Shown: positions 70,685 through 89,197 of the stretch, in pieces
Position numbering within the stretch: position 1 is the stretch's first letter
Layout of the letters: each line of letters opens with the position of its first letter
NCBI GenBank assembly: GCA_951406725.2
Contig: OX597822.1
Span: 43,544,001-43,668,000 of the forward strand
DNA length: 124,000 bases
Direction: 5' to 3'
Source: Octopus vulgaris
Lineage: Eukaryota
Notes under the pieces: generated by a model
Database searches by the model: none
What the model was told of the DNA's origin: nothing
What the model saw: only the letters and a program-made list of their open reading frames with translations
Position numbers and translations under genes: made by a program

Positions 70685-71220
70685 TACGAGGGTGAGTCAA
70701 AAAGTAATGCCATTTTGTTTAGGACAGGTATAATTACCACCACTGGAACATGTATCATACATCAAAATAAAGCTGGTCATCTGTGGATCACTTCTCTACT
70801 TCTCAACATAGTCCCCGTTTCTCTCAATAGCAATGTTCTACCTTCGAATTAGAGCATGTATCCCTGCCCCGTAAAATTCTGTTGACTGTTCTTTGATCCA
70901 CTTCTTCACTACAGTTTTCACTTCCTCGTCACTGGAATAATGTTCACCTCTCAAACCCTCTTTCATGGGACTCAAGAGATGATAGTCTGAAGGCGCTAAA
71001 TCTGGTGAGTATGGACGATGCGGTAATGTTGTCCACCCGAATGTTGTCTCCCTTGTCCTGATGCTTGTGTGTGGTCGAGCATTGTCACTGTCAATTGGCA
71101 AGTTGGGTCTTACTCGTCGGATTCTTGCTCTGAGCCTCGTCAGGGTCTCAATGTAGGCCTCAGACTTTATTGTTTTCCCTTTTGGCAAAAAAAAACTGAA
71201 AGAGGACAGTCGTATATATC

Positions 71221-71293
<73 letters not shown>

Positions 71294-71687
71294 TGTGTGT
71301 GTGTGTATATGTTTGTGTGTCTGTGTTTGTCCGAAGCCCCCAACATCGCTTGACAACTGACGCTGATGTGTTTATGTCCCCGTAACTTAGCGGTTCGGCA
71401 ACCAAAAAGCCCGATAGAATAAGTACTAGGCTTTACAAAGAATAAGTCCTAGTGTCGATTTGCTCGACTAAACTGACGCGGTGCGGTTCGGCAGCCTGGT
71501 CACAGTCAAATGACTGAACGTAGTGAAAAGTAAAAGTAAAAGAGTCTAAAAGCCTGAAAAGTAAGAAAAAAATATTTCAGAACGTAAATGATATAATCAT
71601 TCATAAAGGGGAAAATTTTCAGTTATTTTTATCAAAAACTTTACATGAAATAAAGAAAATTGTATTACTTTTTGACGCACTCTCGTA
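70685..71687 (-). mobile_element. Mariner derivative with both TIRs and a SINE family A insertion (about 71190-71545)
   Basis: TIRs tacgagggtgagtcaaaaagtaatgc / tgtattactttttgacgcactctcgta; minus-strand DNARPHT...PYSPDLAPSDYHLLSPMKEGLRG. Confidence 0.85.
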
Positions 71688-72366
71688 CATGCATTCTTGA
71701 CATCAAATTTCACTATATTCAGATAAACTAGTGGTTCTTAATTGGGGTCCATTTGGCCCTTGTCAGGGGTCTGTGTAAGATTTTGCTGTTAAAATTTATC
71801 TGCAATAAATTGGTTTGTACTTCTACAATACAGAGTGCGGCAGAAGTAGCACCTATTTTATTTAGTAACTTTTATAGTACAAAATTTTTTCATTTAGTAA
71901 TTTTTATCTTATGCAAAAATTTATTGCACTAGTTAATGAAATGAAAAAAAAAAAACAATGAATGAATACATATTACAGCAGTTTTAAGAAATTTATTAAA
72001 TATTGCTCCATCAGAATAACATAATTCATTATGATATAAAATTTAATTAACATGACCAAAACGCTCCCCTTCGTTTTCTGAACACTGCTGAACACTACAA
72101 GCAATATTTTTACAAACCTTTTTATACATTTCCACGTTAATTGCAGAAAACTTACCAGAAATTTCTTGGTTTAATTCATGAATTCAAGATCATTCAATAC
72201 ACCCACAAGAAAACGTCAGGTGATCGTGATGACCACTCAATTACTCCATGTTGTCCTAGGCGTAACAGTGTCTATGTGGTAAGTAGCATGCTTGCGAACT
72301 ACATGGCTCCGGGTTCAGTACCAATGCGTGGCACGATGGGCAAGTGTCTTCTACTATAGCCTCTTC

Positions 72367-72405
<39 letters not shown>

Positions 72406-72483
72406 TATGTATATAGATATCGTATGTTCGTATATAGTATATATATATATATATATATATACATACATATATATATATGTATA

Positions 72484-72551
<68 letters not shown>

Positions 72552-73214
72552 TATACATTCATGTGTGTGCGCGCGCGTGATTGAATATGCGTGTGTGAGT
72601 ATGTATGTATTTATCTATCTATCTATACGCACGTGTGTGTCTGTGGTCTTTATCACTGTCCTTGTATTTGTTACCGCCATCCTCACCGTTTGACAATCGA
72701 TGCGATTTTGTTTAATTCTTCGTAAACTAGGAATTCGGCAAAAAAGAAAAGCAGAAGAAATATCAGTACTAAGTTAGATTTGTTTCATTAAGCTTTTTAT
72801 AGCAGTGCTCCTAGCATGTTTACAGTCCAATAACCAAAATAAATGACGGATAAAAGACAATACAAAAAAACAACAACAACAACAACAACAACGGTGTGTC
72901 GCAACGAGTAAAACATTGGGGAAATCACACCGACCAAACTGCTCAATTGAATACAATCTGGCTGTCACAGAATGGACCACTCATCCTATTGATAACTTAA
73001 GACATATAAAAATGTCTAGAAAGCCACTGATAAATTACCTCTGAGGATAGCCAGAGGTACATTCGAGAAAATAACAATTGTAGGATATGTGAATATTCTA
73101 GGGCTTTTTCAAGCAGTATTTATTCACGTTTAGCGTTTGTATGTGCGGTTTTCTTGATGAACAGATTTTAGTTTTTAAGAATTGGGACTTTTGGTATAAT
73201 GCCCAAAACTTTCA

Positions 73215-73272
<58 letters not shown>

Positions 73273-73826
73273 TAAAATATATCTCTCGTTCACGTCTTTA
73301 CAAACACACATAAACATACGCGCCTGTACATGCGCCAAATATTCTGTCTCTATTTCCTCAACTATTTACATACATATAGGTACACACACACACACACGCG
73401 CGCGCGCGCACACATACTTACACACACATGCACAAGCACACACACACGCACACACAAGTCTCACACATTCACACAAATACATACTCAACAACATTCTCAC
73501 ATAACTACACAAAATCTCCCATTCACGCACATGTACATACATAACCACACAGATCGACACACACACACACACACACATACAAACACACATGTACATGCCT
73601 TACCCTAAAATGTTTACGTGTTTTTCTATATTTTTTCAATTATTTCCACACAGACACACACATACACACAAACAGAGACAGACGCAGAGACTATCACAAA
73701 CATTAACACACACACTCAAACACACATATACACAGAGAGAGACGCAGAAACTATCACACACATTCACACACTCACAAACACACACATACACACACAGACA
73801 GACGCAGGGACTATCGCACACATTTG

Positions 73827-73862
<36 letters not shown>

Positions 73863-74387
73863 TACACACACAGACAGACGTAGAAACTATCACACATATT
73901 CACACACACACATATAAGCACACATATACACAGAGACAGACGCAGAGACTATCATTCACACGCACACACACAAACACACACACACGTACATACACGCACG
74001 CACGCACACACACATACGTACACATCTTCATCACTCACTCTTTTATCCCGAATTAACTTTCGCTATATTTCAACTTCCTCCATTCCTTCACTTCCACAGC
74101 TAATACAAGCCGCCATATTGTATCTATTCCTTGTACAGAGTAACTCTTTCTCTTGTAATTTCTTCTAACCTGTTTTTTTCTTCTCTCACTGTGACAGGCG
74201 ATAATTCATCATGTCGATAATATCTATAATCTATATCTTCTTCAACTGGGTATTCACAAACAATCATAAGTGAACATCTGGTAGAGATAGTCTGCCATTG
74301 TTTAATCTCTAACCAGGCCTTTATGACTATTCTCGTTTTAGTGCGCATATATGAGAGTGCAGAACTGGATCTTTAAAATGCCTCTAG

Positions 74388-74900
74388 GCTCGGGCGTGGC
74401 TGTTTGGGAAGAAGAAGATCGATTCCTAATCGTATGGTTTGGGATTCAGTGCCACTACATAGCACCTTGGACAAGTGTATTCTACTAGAACCGAGCCTTG
74501 TGAGTGGATTTGGTAGACGGAAATTGAAAGAAGCCCATCGGGTGTGTATGTGTGTGTATACTCTTTTACTTGTTTCAGTCATTTTGACTGCAGCCATGCT
74601 GGAGCACCGCCTTTAGTCGAGCAAATCAACCGTAGAAATTATTATTTGTAAGTTACGGGGACGTAAACACACCAGCATCGGTTGTCAAGTGATATTGGAG
74701 AAACATGCACAAACACACACACACACATGTATATATATATATATATACATACGAAGGTCGTCTTTCAGTTTCCGTTTATGAAATCCACTCACAAGGTTTT
74801 GGTCACCCCGAGGCTATAGTAGAAGACACTTGCCCAAAGCGCCACACAGTGGGACTGAACCCGGAACCATGTGGTTGGTAAGCAAGCTACATACCACAGA
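74388..74900. mobile_element. Two opposed SINE family A copies (74388-74545 +, 74560-74900 -)
   Basis: A head on the plus strand meets a complete minus-strand copy. Confidence 0.8.
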
Positions 74901-76664
74901 GACACTCCATATATGTTGGCGTGCTCGCTTAGCCAACGGTATGGCGTCGTTTGGAGGCTAAAACAATGCTAAAATGCATTGTGATCAGTGATGTGTAACA
75001 TCATTTGATAGCGTGGTCGGTCACGTGATCACGCGATATGTGTGTGTGTGTGTGTGTGTGTGTTTGTGAGTATGTGCATATCTTTGCGTCTGTATTTGTC
75101 CTCTACCATTGCTAGAGAACCGGTGTTGGCGAGTTTATATCCCCCGTAACTTAGCGGATCGGCAAAAAGGACCGAGAGAATACGTACCAGGAAATGAGTA
75201 CTGGGGTCTTCTCGCTTGACTAAAATTCTTCAAGGTGGTGTTCCATCATGGCCGCAGCCTAATGGCTGAAAGAATTCCAAGGTAAAAAATAAACGATAAT
75301 ACCCTGCCATTTAAGGCGGCAGAATATGATTAATCCCTGAGAATCCAAACACAGTAAATATTACGTATTCTTAAGTGCACAACTTTTCCTACGTCTGTTT
75401 TTATCACACATTAAACTATAATATTTCTCAATCCCTTTAATGTAATAAAATCCAACACTTTACGTCCAGGCAGAGATATAGAGAAGGGATGGTCACAGCT
75501 GGAATGTGTTTGACAGCAAATAATGTTTTTGTGTTTCCTTTATACAGACTACATAAATCTAATGTCGCTTCCATTCTTCTCATCTTGCTTCTATCATTTG
75601 GAATTTTATGTTAACGATAGAACAAGTTTTTAGTTGCTAGAATCTAAGATATAAGCTATTCCCCAATCCATATCTTTTATTATTATTTTACTTCGCTTGT
75701 TAAAGACTTCACACTATTCGGATTTATCTTTACACAGCTTACGCTTTAGTTCTTCTCTGCTCTTTTGAAGTCTTCTTTTAAGATTTCACCAAATTCTCTT
75801 CCATCTACCGATTCCTTCTTTCTTCCATTCACTCTGGTTTCTCCATCATCAAATCTCATCACTTCTCCAATACTAAACATTGAATTTGCAGATTCTTCAC
75901 TTTTAAGACAACAGTATTCTTTCCTCACCTCTCTGTCTCTATTTTCCTCTGTTTGTATATGTGTTACTTTCTTTCATGCAGTTCTTATCTCTTCACACTT
76001 TGTTAATTGCCACTATACAACATGCTAATCGAAGTTTTACTTTACTGATATACGTGTTCACCATTACGCAATCGGTAGTGCAGCGGAAAAAATATCTTAA
76101 GGTGTTTAGTTACGTTTCATTATGTTCTGAGTCCAAACACCGACAGTGGCAACTTTCACTTTCACTCTTCCGAGGTCAGTAACACGGAGTATCAGTCAAA
76201 TAATCAGGATTCGTTTAATCAACTGCATTCTGTGCTAACATGAATGACCAGGTATTGCCGTTCGCAAAGTGAGGAAACCATACTACAGCTATGCGTCAAC
76301 TGTTCGCCCATGCTTACTTTGAATGTCTATGTCGTACAGCGATCATCTCACGTAGGAAGAAACTGCCAATCAACTGAATCTATTTGAAAACTGACCTGCC
76401 ATATTTCTTTTGCAAGAGAGACAAGTTACTTTGACTCTGTCTGGTGGAATGGTGAAGGTAGCAGCATGGCGATGGCACTGGTGGTTGTGGTGGTGGAAAG
76501 ATGTTTGGGCAAAAGAGGTGAATATGAAGACAGAAAATTTTCCATCTGATAATCTCTTATCAACGTCTTCGGGTAACAACTTCTCACCTTCTTTTAATCA
76601 CTATTTATTATCTATGTGCTGATTAATACTTTGAGAGTGACGGAAACTGCAAGGAAGTCTGTCG

Positions 76665-76707
<43 letters not shown>

Positions 76708-76742
76708 TATACGTATAGATGTACATATACGTATGTATATAT

Positions 76743-76776
<34 letters not shown>

Positions 76777-76819
76777 ATATGCATATATATGCATACATAC
76801 ACACACATATATATATATG

Positions 76820-76869
<50 letters not shown>

Positions 76870-76873
76870 CATA

Positions 76874-76926
<53 letters not shown>

Positions 76927-77209
76927 TATATTATTATATGATTGAATGCCATGCATTCTCTTCCAAGTAAGTTTTATCTTAACAATTCTGATGCGCACTC
77001 TATATCATTTTTTAGTTTTTCGATTTTCTCTCTTTTTCTCTCTCTTATTCTTTTACCTTTTCTTCACCCACTATTCTATCCTATTACTCTGTCACTCTCT
77101 CTCTCTCACACTTCTCCTCCATTGTTCACGTGGCTCTCATGTGACCATCGGTCATCTTTCTTTCTCTCCGTTGTAGCTGAAACAAGGAATACGTGTTCTT
77201 GTTTGTATC

Positions 77210-77544
77210 CTGTCCTAGCTTGATTTACGCGTTCACCACAACAACCGAGTTAGCAACCCTTCCTGTTTGTTTCCACTGTCCTGCTTGTGTTACCCTCTGC
77301 AAATTCCCCAATATTAATTAATTTGCTTTTCGGGAGCAACTGTTTTATCGAAAGCGTATATTGCTGTTAAATGCTCGTAATACAAGACTAGACAAACAGC
77401 CAACAACTGATGAAGGGTCGTTATTTATGTTTGCTTTGTTTTCTGTTTGTGTCTTTCGTTGTTCAAAAGAATAGTTCCTGTTCCATGTACTCATGCTTCG
77501 TACTTTTTTGTTGTACACGTTTCATGATGTCCTGTGCCTACATA

Positions 77545-77609
<65 letters not shown>

Positions 77610-77813
77610 TCTTTTAATTGTTTCAGTCAGTTGACTGCGGCCATGCTGGAGCACCGCCTTTAGTCGAGCAACTCGACGCCGGGACTTATTCTTTGTAAGC
77701 CCAGTACTTATTCTATCGGTCTCTTTTGCCGAACCGCTAAGTGACGGGGACATAAACACACCAGCATCGGTTGTCAAGCAATGCTAGGGGGACAAACACA
77801 GACACACAAATAT

Positions 77814-77883
<70 letters not shown>

Positions 77884-78794
77884 GTTTATATATTTGTTGT
77901 GCAAAACATTTTATGTGAAGTCGTGTGTTGAAACAGATATTGTTATATTTCGGGATGGTCATTTTGCCAGTTTAGCCAATAAAATCATACGCACTATATA
78001 TTTGGTGTTACTTTGCTTCAGTGTTATTTATGTTTTACATTAATCTTAATCTTATGTCGGCCAGAGTTCTTTCGTCACACTCCTGTGACCTCATCAGTGG
78101 TCCTTTGTTTTCTTCTTTCTTATTTGTGTCTCTCCTTACTAACCGTCAGCCATTTTGTATTTATATTGTATGTCTTCATTTGCGCATGCTTATATCTCAA
78201 TGTGCGTCTATGTTTATTTAGTGTGTGGGGAGATGCCTGTAATATTTGTATCTTCTGTTTATATACGTTCATGTAATTTATTTTTGCTGTTGTTTTGTTA
78301 TACTTATTTTGTTCATGTATTTACATCCCTTTATTATTATCATTACATATGCTTGTATGTATGTATGTATAACAACAATACTAGTAATAATAATAATAAA
78401 TTAAAATATATATATATATAGTTATTTATTTCTATTTGTTTATTTATCTGTGTATTTATTATGTTTTCGGGATCCTCTACCGTCATATGTTGAAGTGTGT
78501 GCTATTGTTCCATTCTAATTTTCTATTCAGGCTAGGTTTATTTTCTATTATGTGTGTAGCTTCTGTAATTTGTCTGATTGTTGCATCTGTTCTATGTGTG
78601 GACAATATTTTAATTTCTATGTTGTTGATTGATCCCCCGTGCTCCTGTTCGGCGTGTTGGTACAGAATCGATGAGCTTTTACCTTCCTTGAGTTGTCTCC
78701 AATGTTCATAAATAACACTGAAGCAAAGTAACACCAAATATATAGTGCGTGTGATTTTATTGGCTAAACTGGCAAAATGACCATCCCGAAATAT

Positions 78795-78795
<1 letters not shown>
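77210..78795. mobile_element. Rearranged Penelope-like element with a GIY-YIG C-terminus (-), an inverted terminal segment and an inserted SINE A tail (77590-77800)
   Basis: EHWRQL...ILYQHAEQEH...IKILSTH...RQITEATHI..NKPSLN at 78483-78720; 77945-78025 is mirrored at 78710-78795. Confidence 0.65.
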
Positions 78796-78858
<63 letters not shown>

Positions 78859-79689
78859 GTATGTATAGATTAAGTATGTGCACGCATCATATATATATTA
78901 TATATATATACATACACACACACATATATATACTTATACATATATAAGTATGAATTTATATGTGTGTGTATTTGTTTTTGTTTGCCCCCCCCCACCACCA
79001 CCACCAATTACAGCTTCACATCTGGTATTGGTTTTTTATGACCCCTTAAATAATTAGTTCAGCAAAAGAGAAAGGCAGATTAAGTACCAGACCTTAAGAA
79101 CATAGTACTGAAGTCGACTTGTTGGACTAAAACTCTTCACGGGCCATGCTCCACCCTAGCCGCTCTCCAGTAAACTGACACAAATAAAAAATAAAGCAAA
79201 ATATATTATTTATTCTTATTTTTTTTGTTTTTCATTCGCACTGTGTTACTGGAGGTAAATCTCGCACCATTTCTTGGCTTGTTGCTTATCTGCACTGCTT
79301 GTCTGCACTGACTTCAGCATCGTGTGGCATTTGGCCAATAAAAGAAATCCCCCTCGTCCTCCTTGGCCTCCTCCCCTCCCCTCCTCCTCCTCCTTCTCGT
79401 CGTCGTCGTTCCAAAATCATTTAAGATAGCTTTTGCGTTTCTTTTTTTTTCGGCGTCATACTAACTGTCAAGCCTTAAAAAAATCCTCTTAGAATATGAG
79501 CATTTCCAAAAAAGGACATCAGGACAAACACATGAAAAGGACGACTAATATCATTGTGCCGATGTCCAACCGTTTTTTTTTTTTCGGGTTTCCAATAATA
79601 ATATAAGTTATCTTTGGCTCAGTAGAAGTGTCAATATCATGTTTCATGTTGTTACTGTTACCATTATTATTTAAAAGTTGCACAGTATC

Positions 79690-80420
79690 CAATATTGGGA
79701 TATTATTGGTTGACTGTATTGTATCTACCAGGGGTTTGTACTGTCTGTCAAGTCACAACAAGGACCTCAGACAAACTGTACTTTATGCAATATGCATGCA
79801 GTTCTAAGCAACGCTGATTTTTGCATTACACCTAGATTTTAGGGCATTTCTAAAGTTCCCAGATGTTTATTTTCAGGTTGGGTGGTATTGAACCCACTCC
79901 TCCGATTACAATAAGGACAAACTTTATGTTCGACTCTCGTAGCTGCCACATCTTAGCGATCTCAATTCTCAGGTCTCCATATTTATCAACCCCTTTCTCT
80001 CTCTTTCGTGATGATATGTTGATCTCCTGGCACTGCCACGTCGATTATTAGGCACTCTTGTTTGTCCCTCCTAAAGTCCCAAAGGATTTTTGCCTTCGCC
80101 TTTTTGTCCATTACATTTACTAGTGTATGTTGGTACCAAGCACCCTTTACCTCATATAAATATTTCCGGCATAGTAGCCATTGCAGGTTTTGGGCTAATT
80201 CGTCGTGTCTGCTCTTGTACTCTTTCTGCGCAAGACTTTCACACACATTAACAATCTGAGTTACGATTTCGACCCTCTTCCCACACATTCGGGAGAGGTT
80301 CCTTGAACTTGTGTGCTATATATCCCTTTACACTGAGTTGGTGTTTAATGCCTGATCCAGGGCAGCGATGATTAGGCCTTTAGTCTTCTGTTTTAGGCCA
80401 CCCTTACTGAGCCATCTCCA
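79690..80420 (-). mobile_element. R4/Dong-clade fragment, decayed, next to (TAA)n
   Basis: WLSKGGLKQKTKGLIIAA; CGKRVEIVTQIVNVC; SRHD; IIDVAVPGD. Confidence 0.75.
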
Positions 80421-80429
80421 TGAAGCTTC

Positions 80430-83996
<3,567 letters not shown>

Positions 83997-84014
83997 ATTA
84001 TTATTATTATTATT

Positions 84015-86636
84015 CAGTAGTTTTATTTTTATAGCGTGCTTTCACTTCACTACCGAGCGCAGCTCTGTGTGCCTTGGGTATGTGCTGTGATTTGTTGTGA
84101 TGCTCTGATGGTTATTGTATGGAAAGTGTTCTGCGTAGGATGTGTGCAGTGCCTAGTAGTGCAATTTTCTGTATGTTATATGTGTTTGTAAGTCCTGGTG
84201 TTTTTGTTATGTATTTGTCTGAATATTTTTTTATCATGCCTAATGCACCTACTATGATAGGAATTGTTTCTGTTTTCAGATTCCACATTCTAGTTACCTC
84301 TATTTCCAGGTCTTTGTATTTTGAGAGTTTCTCCATTTCTTTTAGAGACACGTTGTCATCAGCCGGTTTTGATACATCAATTAGAAAGCATTTTTTTTCT
84401 TCATGGTCTCTGACAACTATATCTGGTCTGTTGGCCTTAATTTCACTATCTGTGTGTATCGGCATATCCCAGAGTATGGTTGTTTTCTCGTTTTCTGTGA
84501 CCATTTCTGGTGTGTGCCTATACCATCTTTTTTCTGTTGTTATTCCATAATGTTGGCATAGCTTCCAATGTATGTAGGTTCCAACTCTGTCATGTCTGTG
84601 AATATATTTCTTCTTAGCCAGGACTGGGCAGCTAGAGATAATATGATTTATTGTTTCTTGTCCATCTCCACATATTCTGCAGTTACTTGTAATATTTCTT
84701 TTCATTACATGTTTTTGGTAATTTCTGGTGGGGAGGCTTTGGTCTTGTGCTGCAATTAAAAATCCCTCTGTTTCTGCTTTGAGTCCTGAGCTTCTCAACC
84801 ATTGCTGGGATTTTTCTTTGTCTATTTCTTTTGCGTTTAGTTTAGTCCAGTATTTACCATGAAGGGGCTTTTCTTGCCATCGTTTTATCATGGTTCGTTG
84901 CTGTTCTATTTTTAGTTTGGATTTCATTTGTATTATAGCTTTTGTTGTTTCTTCATCTTCTTTTTCTTCTTCATGTTTATTAGGTGGTATGATTTCTTGT
85001 TTGTATTTGTCAGCTTCCTTAAATACTGAGAACAGTTTTTTGTTTTGCTCGTGTTTTGCCGCTATCTGGATCAGTTTTCCTTCCTTCTGAAGTAGATATT
85101 TTTGCAGTCCTATGGTGGTTATTTTATAGTAGTTTTCCAGCTGTATAAGACCTCTACCACCTTCTATACGTTTTATATATAGTCTTTCTATGTCAGATTT
85201 TGGTGATGCATCCTAGATCCTGTCATTATTTTTCTTGTTTTCCTATCTATTTTGGTCAGTTCATTTCGTGTCCAGTTAAGGATATTGTAGCTGTAACTTA
85301 TAACTGGGACAGCTAAAGTGTTGATACCTATTATCTTGTTTTTAGCATTGAGCTCTGTGTTTAGTATTGATCTAACTCGTCTATAATATTCTTTTTTTAT
85401 TTTCTCTTTCATTTGTGTGTGTTGTGTCTTATCTAGTTCATGGATTCCTAAGTATTTGTAAGTTTGGCTTTGGTCTAATTCTTTTATTTCATTGGTTTTA
85501 TCTAGTGTGATGTTGCTACTCTTAACTATTTTTCCTCTTTTCATGGTTACTTTGGCGCATTTTTCTAATCCAAATTTCATATCTATTTCTTTGGTAAATC
85601 CATGAACTGTCTTTAATAGTGTTTCCAGCTGTTTGTCATTTGTAGCGTATAGTTTTAGGTCATCCATATATAAAAGGTGGCTGATCGTTTTGCCGTAACA
85701 TTTATATCTGCATCCAGTTCTATTTAGCATATCAGATAGAGGTGACAGTGCCAAGCAGAGAAGGAGTGGAGAGAGCGTGTCTCCCTGGAATATTCCTCTT
85801 CTAATGGGGATGTCTTTGGTTTTCATGAGTCCCTCTTTTGTTTGGAGGTGTAGGACTGTTTGCCATTTATTCATAGAGTGCTCTATGAATTTTATGATTG
85901 TTGGTGCTACTTTGTTAATGGCTAGTGTTTCGAGGATCCATGTGTGGGGGATGCTATCAAACGCCTTTTTGTAGTCAATCCAGGCCATACTGAGGCCTTT
86001 CTACTTTCTGTGGCTGTCTTCAGTTATTGCTTTATTAATCATTAGTTGATCTTTACAGCCATATGAGCCTTTGCGGCATCCTTTCTGCTCTTCTGGGAAC
86101 AGTTTGTTTTCGTCCAGGTGCTTGTTCAGCCTTTGTGATATCACTGCAGTAAATGCCATGAACATAGTAGGGAGGCAGGTTATTGGTCTGTAGTTTTCTG
86201 GTTTTTCTGTTTCATTTGATTTGGGAATTAAAATGGTTTTCCCCTTCGTGAGCCATTCAGGCATTGTCTCTGGCTCTGCTAGTACGTTGTTAAAGTTTTC
86301 AGCCAGCTTTTTGTGCATTCCTGTTAGATATTTCAACCAGAAGTTGGGGATCTTGTCATGCCCAGGTGCCTTCCAGCTGCTTAGTCTTTGCAGTGCCTGG
86401 GTGACCTCTTCAGTTGTTATGGGGGTCCAAAGTTGTTCAGATGCCGAGTTTGTTATTTTGATACTCCTTTTTTTGGTGGTTCGTTCGCTGACCATATTTC
86501 TCTCCAGAATTCTTCCAATTCTTCTGCCGTTGGTGCTGCAGTGACTTCTATTTTATTTTTTCCCAATTCTTGGTAGAACTTTTTGGGGTTGGAGTTGAAC
86601 TTTTTGTTTTCTTCAAAGAAGCGTTGGCGTTTCTTG
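84015..86636 (-). mobile_element. R4/Dong-clade RLE retrotransposon, young 5'-truncated copy 2
   Basis: Near-identical to copy 1, with the same 3' end ...aaaataaaactactg followed by (AAT)n; RGIFQGDTLSP and YMDD are intact. Confidence 0.92.
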
Positions 86637-86866
86637 TATTATATACATATACATGCTTTGCTCCTAGACGTAGAAATGTGTATGTATGTGTGCGTATACA
86701 TATCTAGCAAATAAACCTAATTAAATCGTGTATAAATACATATGCATATTCAGGTGTATACTAATCAATTTTGCAATATGAAACACTTACTTAATATGAA
86801 TGGAGAACGAACCAGCGTTCAGGCTTTGGTGTCGTCTGCTTAATAATATTCTTCTTCTTATTATTA

Positions 86867-86933
<67 letters not shown>

Positions 86934-86944
86934 CATTATTGATT

Positions 86945-87185
86945 TTGCACTGCTTCTAACGCTGGAGATGTACTGCGTTGTCAGCTGTTCACTACTAATC
87001 AACTAAGGTAACACATCGTATTTTTCGAGCACTTTCCGGAGTATACAAGCGGTTCGAAGCAGTACTGTTTTCTGCAAGTGATCCACCCTTATTGCAGTCC
87101 CTATTTGTTCCACGTACTTCTCAAGATATTTACTCACTATTCCCAGGGCTCCGATAACATTTTCCTCTAAAGCAACGCCCCCCAC
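86945..87185 (-). mobile_element. R4/Dong-clade extreme 3' fragment
   Basis: VIGALGIV...LQKTVLLRTACILRKVL plus the shared 3' tail, then (TAA)n. Confidence 0.75.
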
Positions 87186-87597
87186 AAAAAAAAAACTGAT
87201 TTATTCCCAACACTCTTAATCGCAAAAAGAGAAACAATCAACCGTATATAGCACTGGTTGTTTTACTTAGTAGCTGCTAGCTGTCAGTAGCAACCTCATC
87301 GAATGGCTATCAGCAACATTCAAGTGCTTTAGCTCAACGTGATCTCAAAACAGACAATGAGAGCAAGAAATTTTCGTCATCCAGTTGCATTTATCCTTAT
87401 TTAGGGGTTGCGAAATACTTGTAAGTCAAAGGCATACATACACACGAACAGAGGTGTTTCCTTCTCTTCTACGATTCTTAAAACATTGCAACATTAATGA
87501 ACTACCAATTCAAATATGACGTCTACGAAAGTTGTTATTAGTAAATTTTTCGTCTGTACATCTGTAATAAACACATATATATGTGTAAATATATATG

Positions 87598-87830
87598 CGT
87601 AGAGGCGCAATGGCCTAGTGGTTAGGGCAGCGGACTCGCGGTCGCAGGATCGCGGTTTCGATTCTCAGACCGGGCGTTGTGTGTGTTTATTGAGCGAAAA
87701 CACCTAAAAGCTCTACGAGGCTCCGGCAGGGGGTGGTGATCCCTGCTGTACTCTTTCACCACAATGGCGGTGCCCCAGCATGGCCACAGCTCAAGAGCTG
87801 AAACTGGAAAAACAAAACAAACAAAAAAAA
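87598..87830 (+). mobile_element. SINE family B head fused to a family A tail end
   Basis: Same structure as 27374-27590. Confidence 0.75.
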
Positions 87831-87939
87831 AAAAAATACATATATATATACATATCACATACATATACTCCTTAGTGGACTGCTAATACAAAAACAATTC
87901 CTTACGTCACAATATTTGGCACATATATGTCTTTCTCAT

Positions 87940-87983
<44 letters not shown>

Positions 87984-89033
87984 GCTTTGCTCCTAGACGT
88001 AGAAATATGTATGTATGTGTGCGTATACATATGTAGCAAATAAACCTAATTAAATCGTGTATAAATACATATACATATTTAGGTGTATACTAATCAATTT
88101 TGCAATATGAAACACTTACTTAATATGAATGGAGAACGAACCAGCGTTCATGCTTTGGTGTCGTCTGCTTAATAATGGCACCCTGTAGCACTATAGATAA
88201 CACTTCAATATAAAAGCATGACTGTCGTTCTGCCTTGTAATTCATGAAATAATACATGTTTTAATGCAGGGATTCTTTCGATATCCCTCCTAATTTCGTT
88301 TCTGTCTTTATGGCACAAAATTAGGTTCTTATTCGGAAAGTTTACATCAATATATTCTACGTTTCTGCTAGACGGAGTTTCAATCCATTTATTTAATGGT
88401 TGACATTTTCGATCATTGCTCTCTTTATGGCTACTACTTCGCTGACGTTCTGCTTTAATGGCTAGGAATATCTTTTGTGTTTATGGATATATCTTTACTT
88501 GCATTCTTCTTTAATGATCCAATATACTCGGATGAAGTTGTATCATTACTTCATGTATTTCAGAAGATTTGGTTGTGCTGAGTGTATCAGATTTCAAACG
88601 TATCCTATAAGTATGTTTGATATAAGCTTTTTAAGGCAAATGTTCACGAAACACAACCGTACATAGATCAATGGTGTGTGTATATTTACAAACACGCGCA
88701 CAATATGTGGTGTGTTCGTGTGCGTGTGCCTTTGTGTCTGTGTACGCATGTCAATGTATTTCACGTATCCACTCGAAAATGTGATGAGTAGGCGTATCTC
88801 TTTACACAAACACGCGCGCACGCACACATACGCACGTATATATATATATTTAAATACTTGTGTAGAAATAGCATGACACTGCATGAAGTTAAACTATTGA
88901 ATACAGGTATGCTTATGAGTCTGTATTCATATACACATTGACATGCATGTATGCACGTACACGCACAAACACACACACACGGACACACACACATATATAG
89001 ATCCACCTATGGTTATATGCATGTATATGTATG

Positions 89034-89065
<32 letters not shown>

Positions 89066-89099
89066 TGTGTGTTTATTCATACACACACTGGCACACACA

Positions 89100-89197
<98 letters not shown>

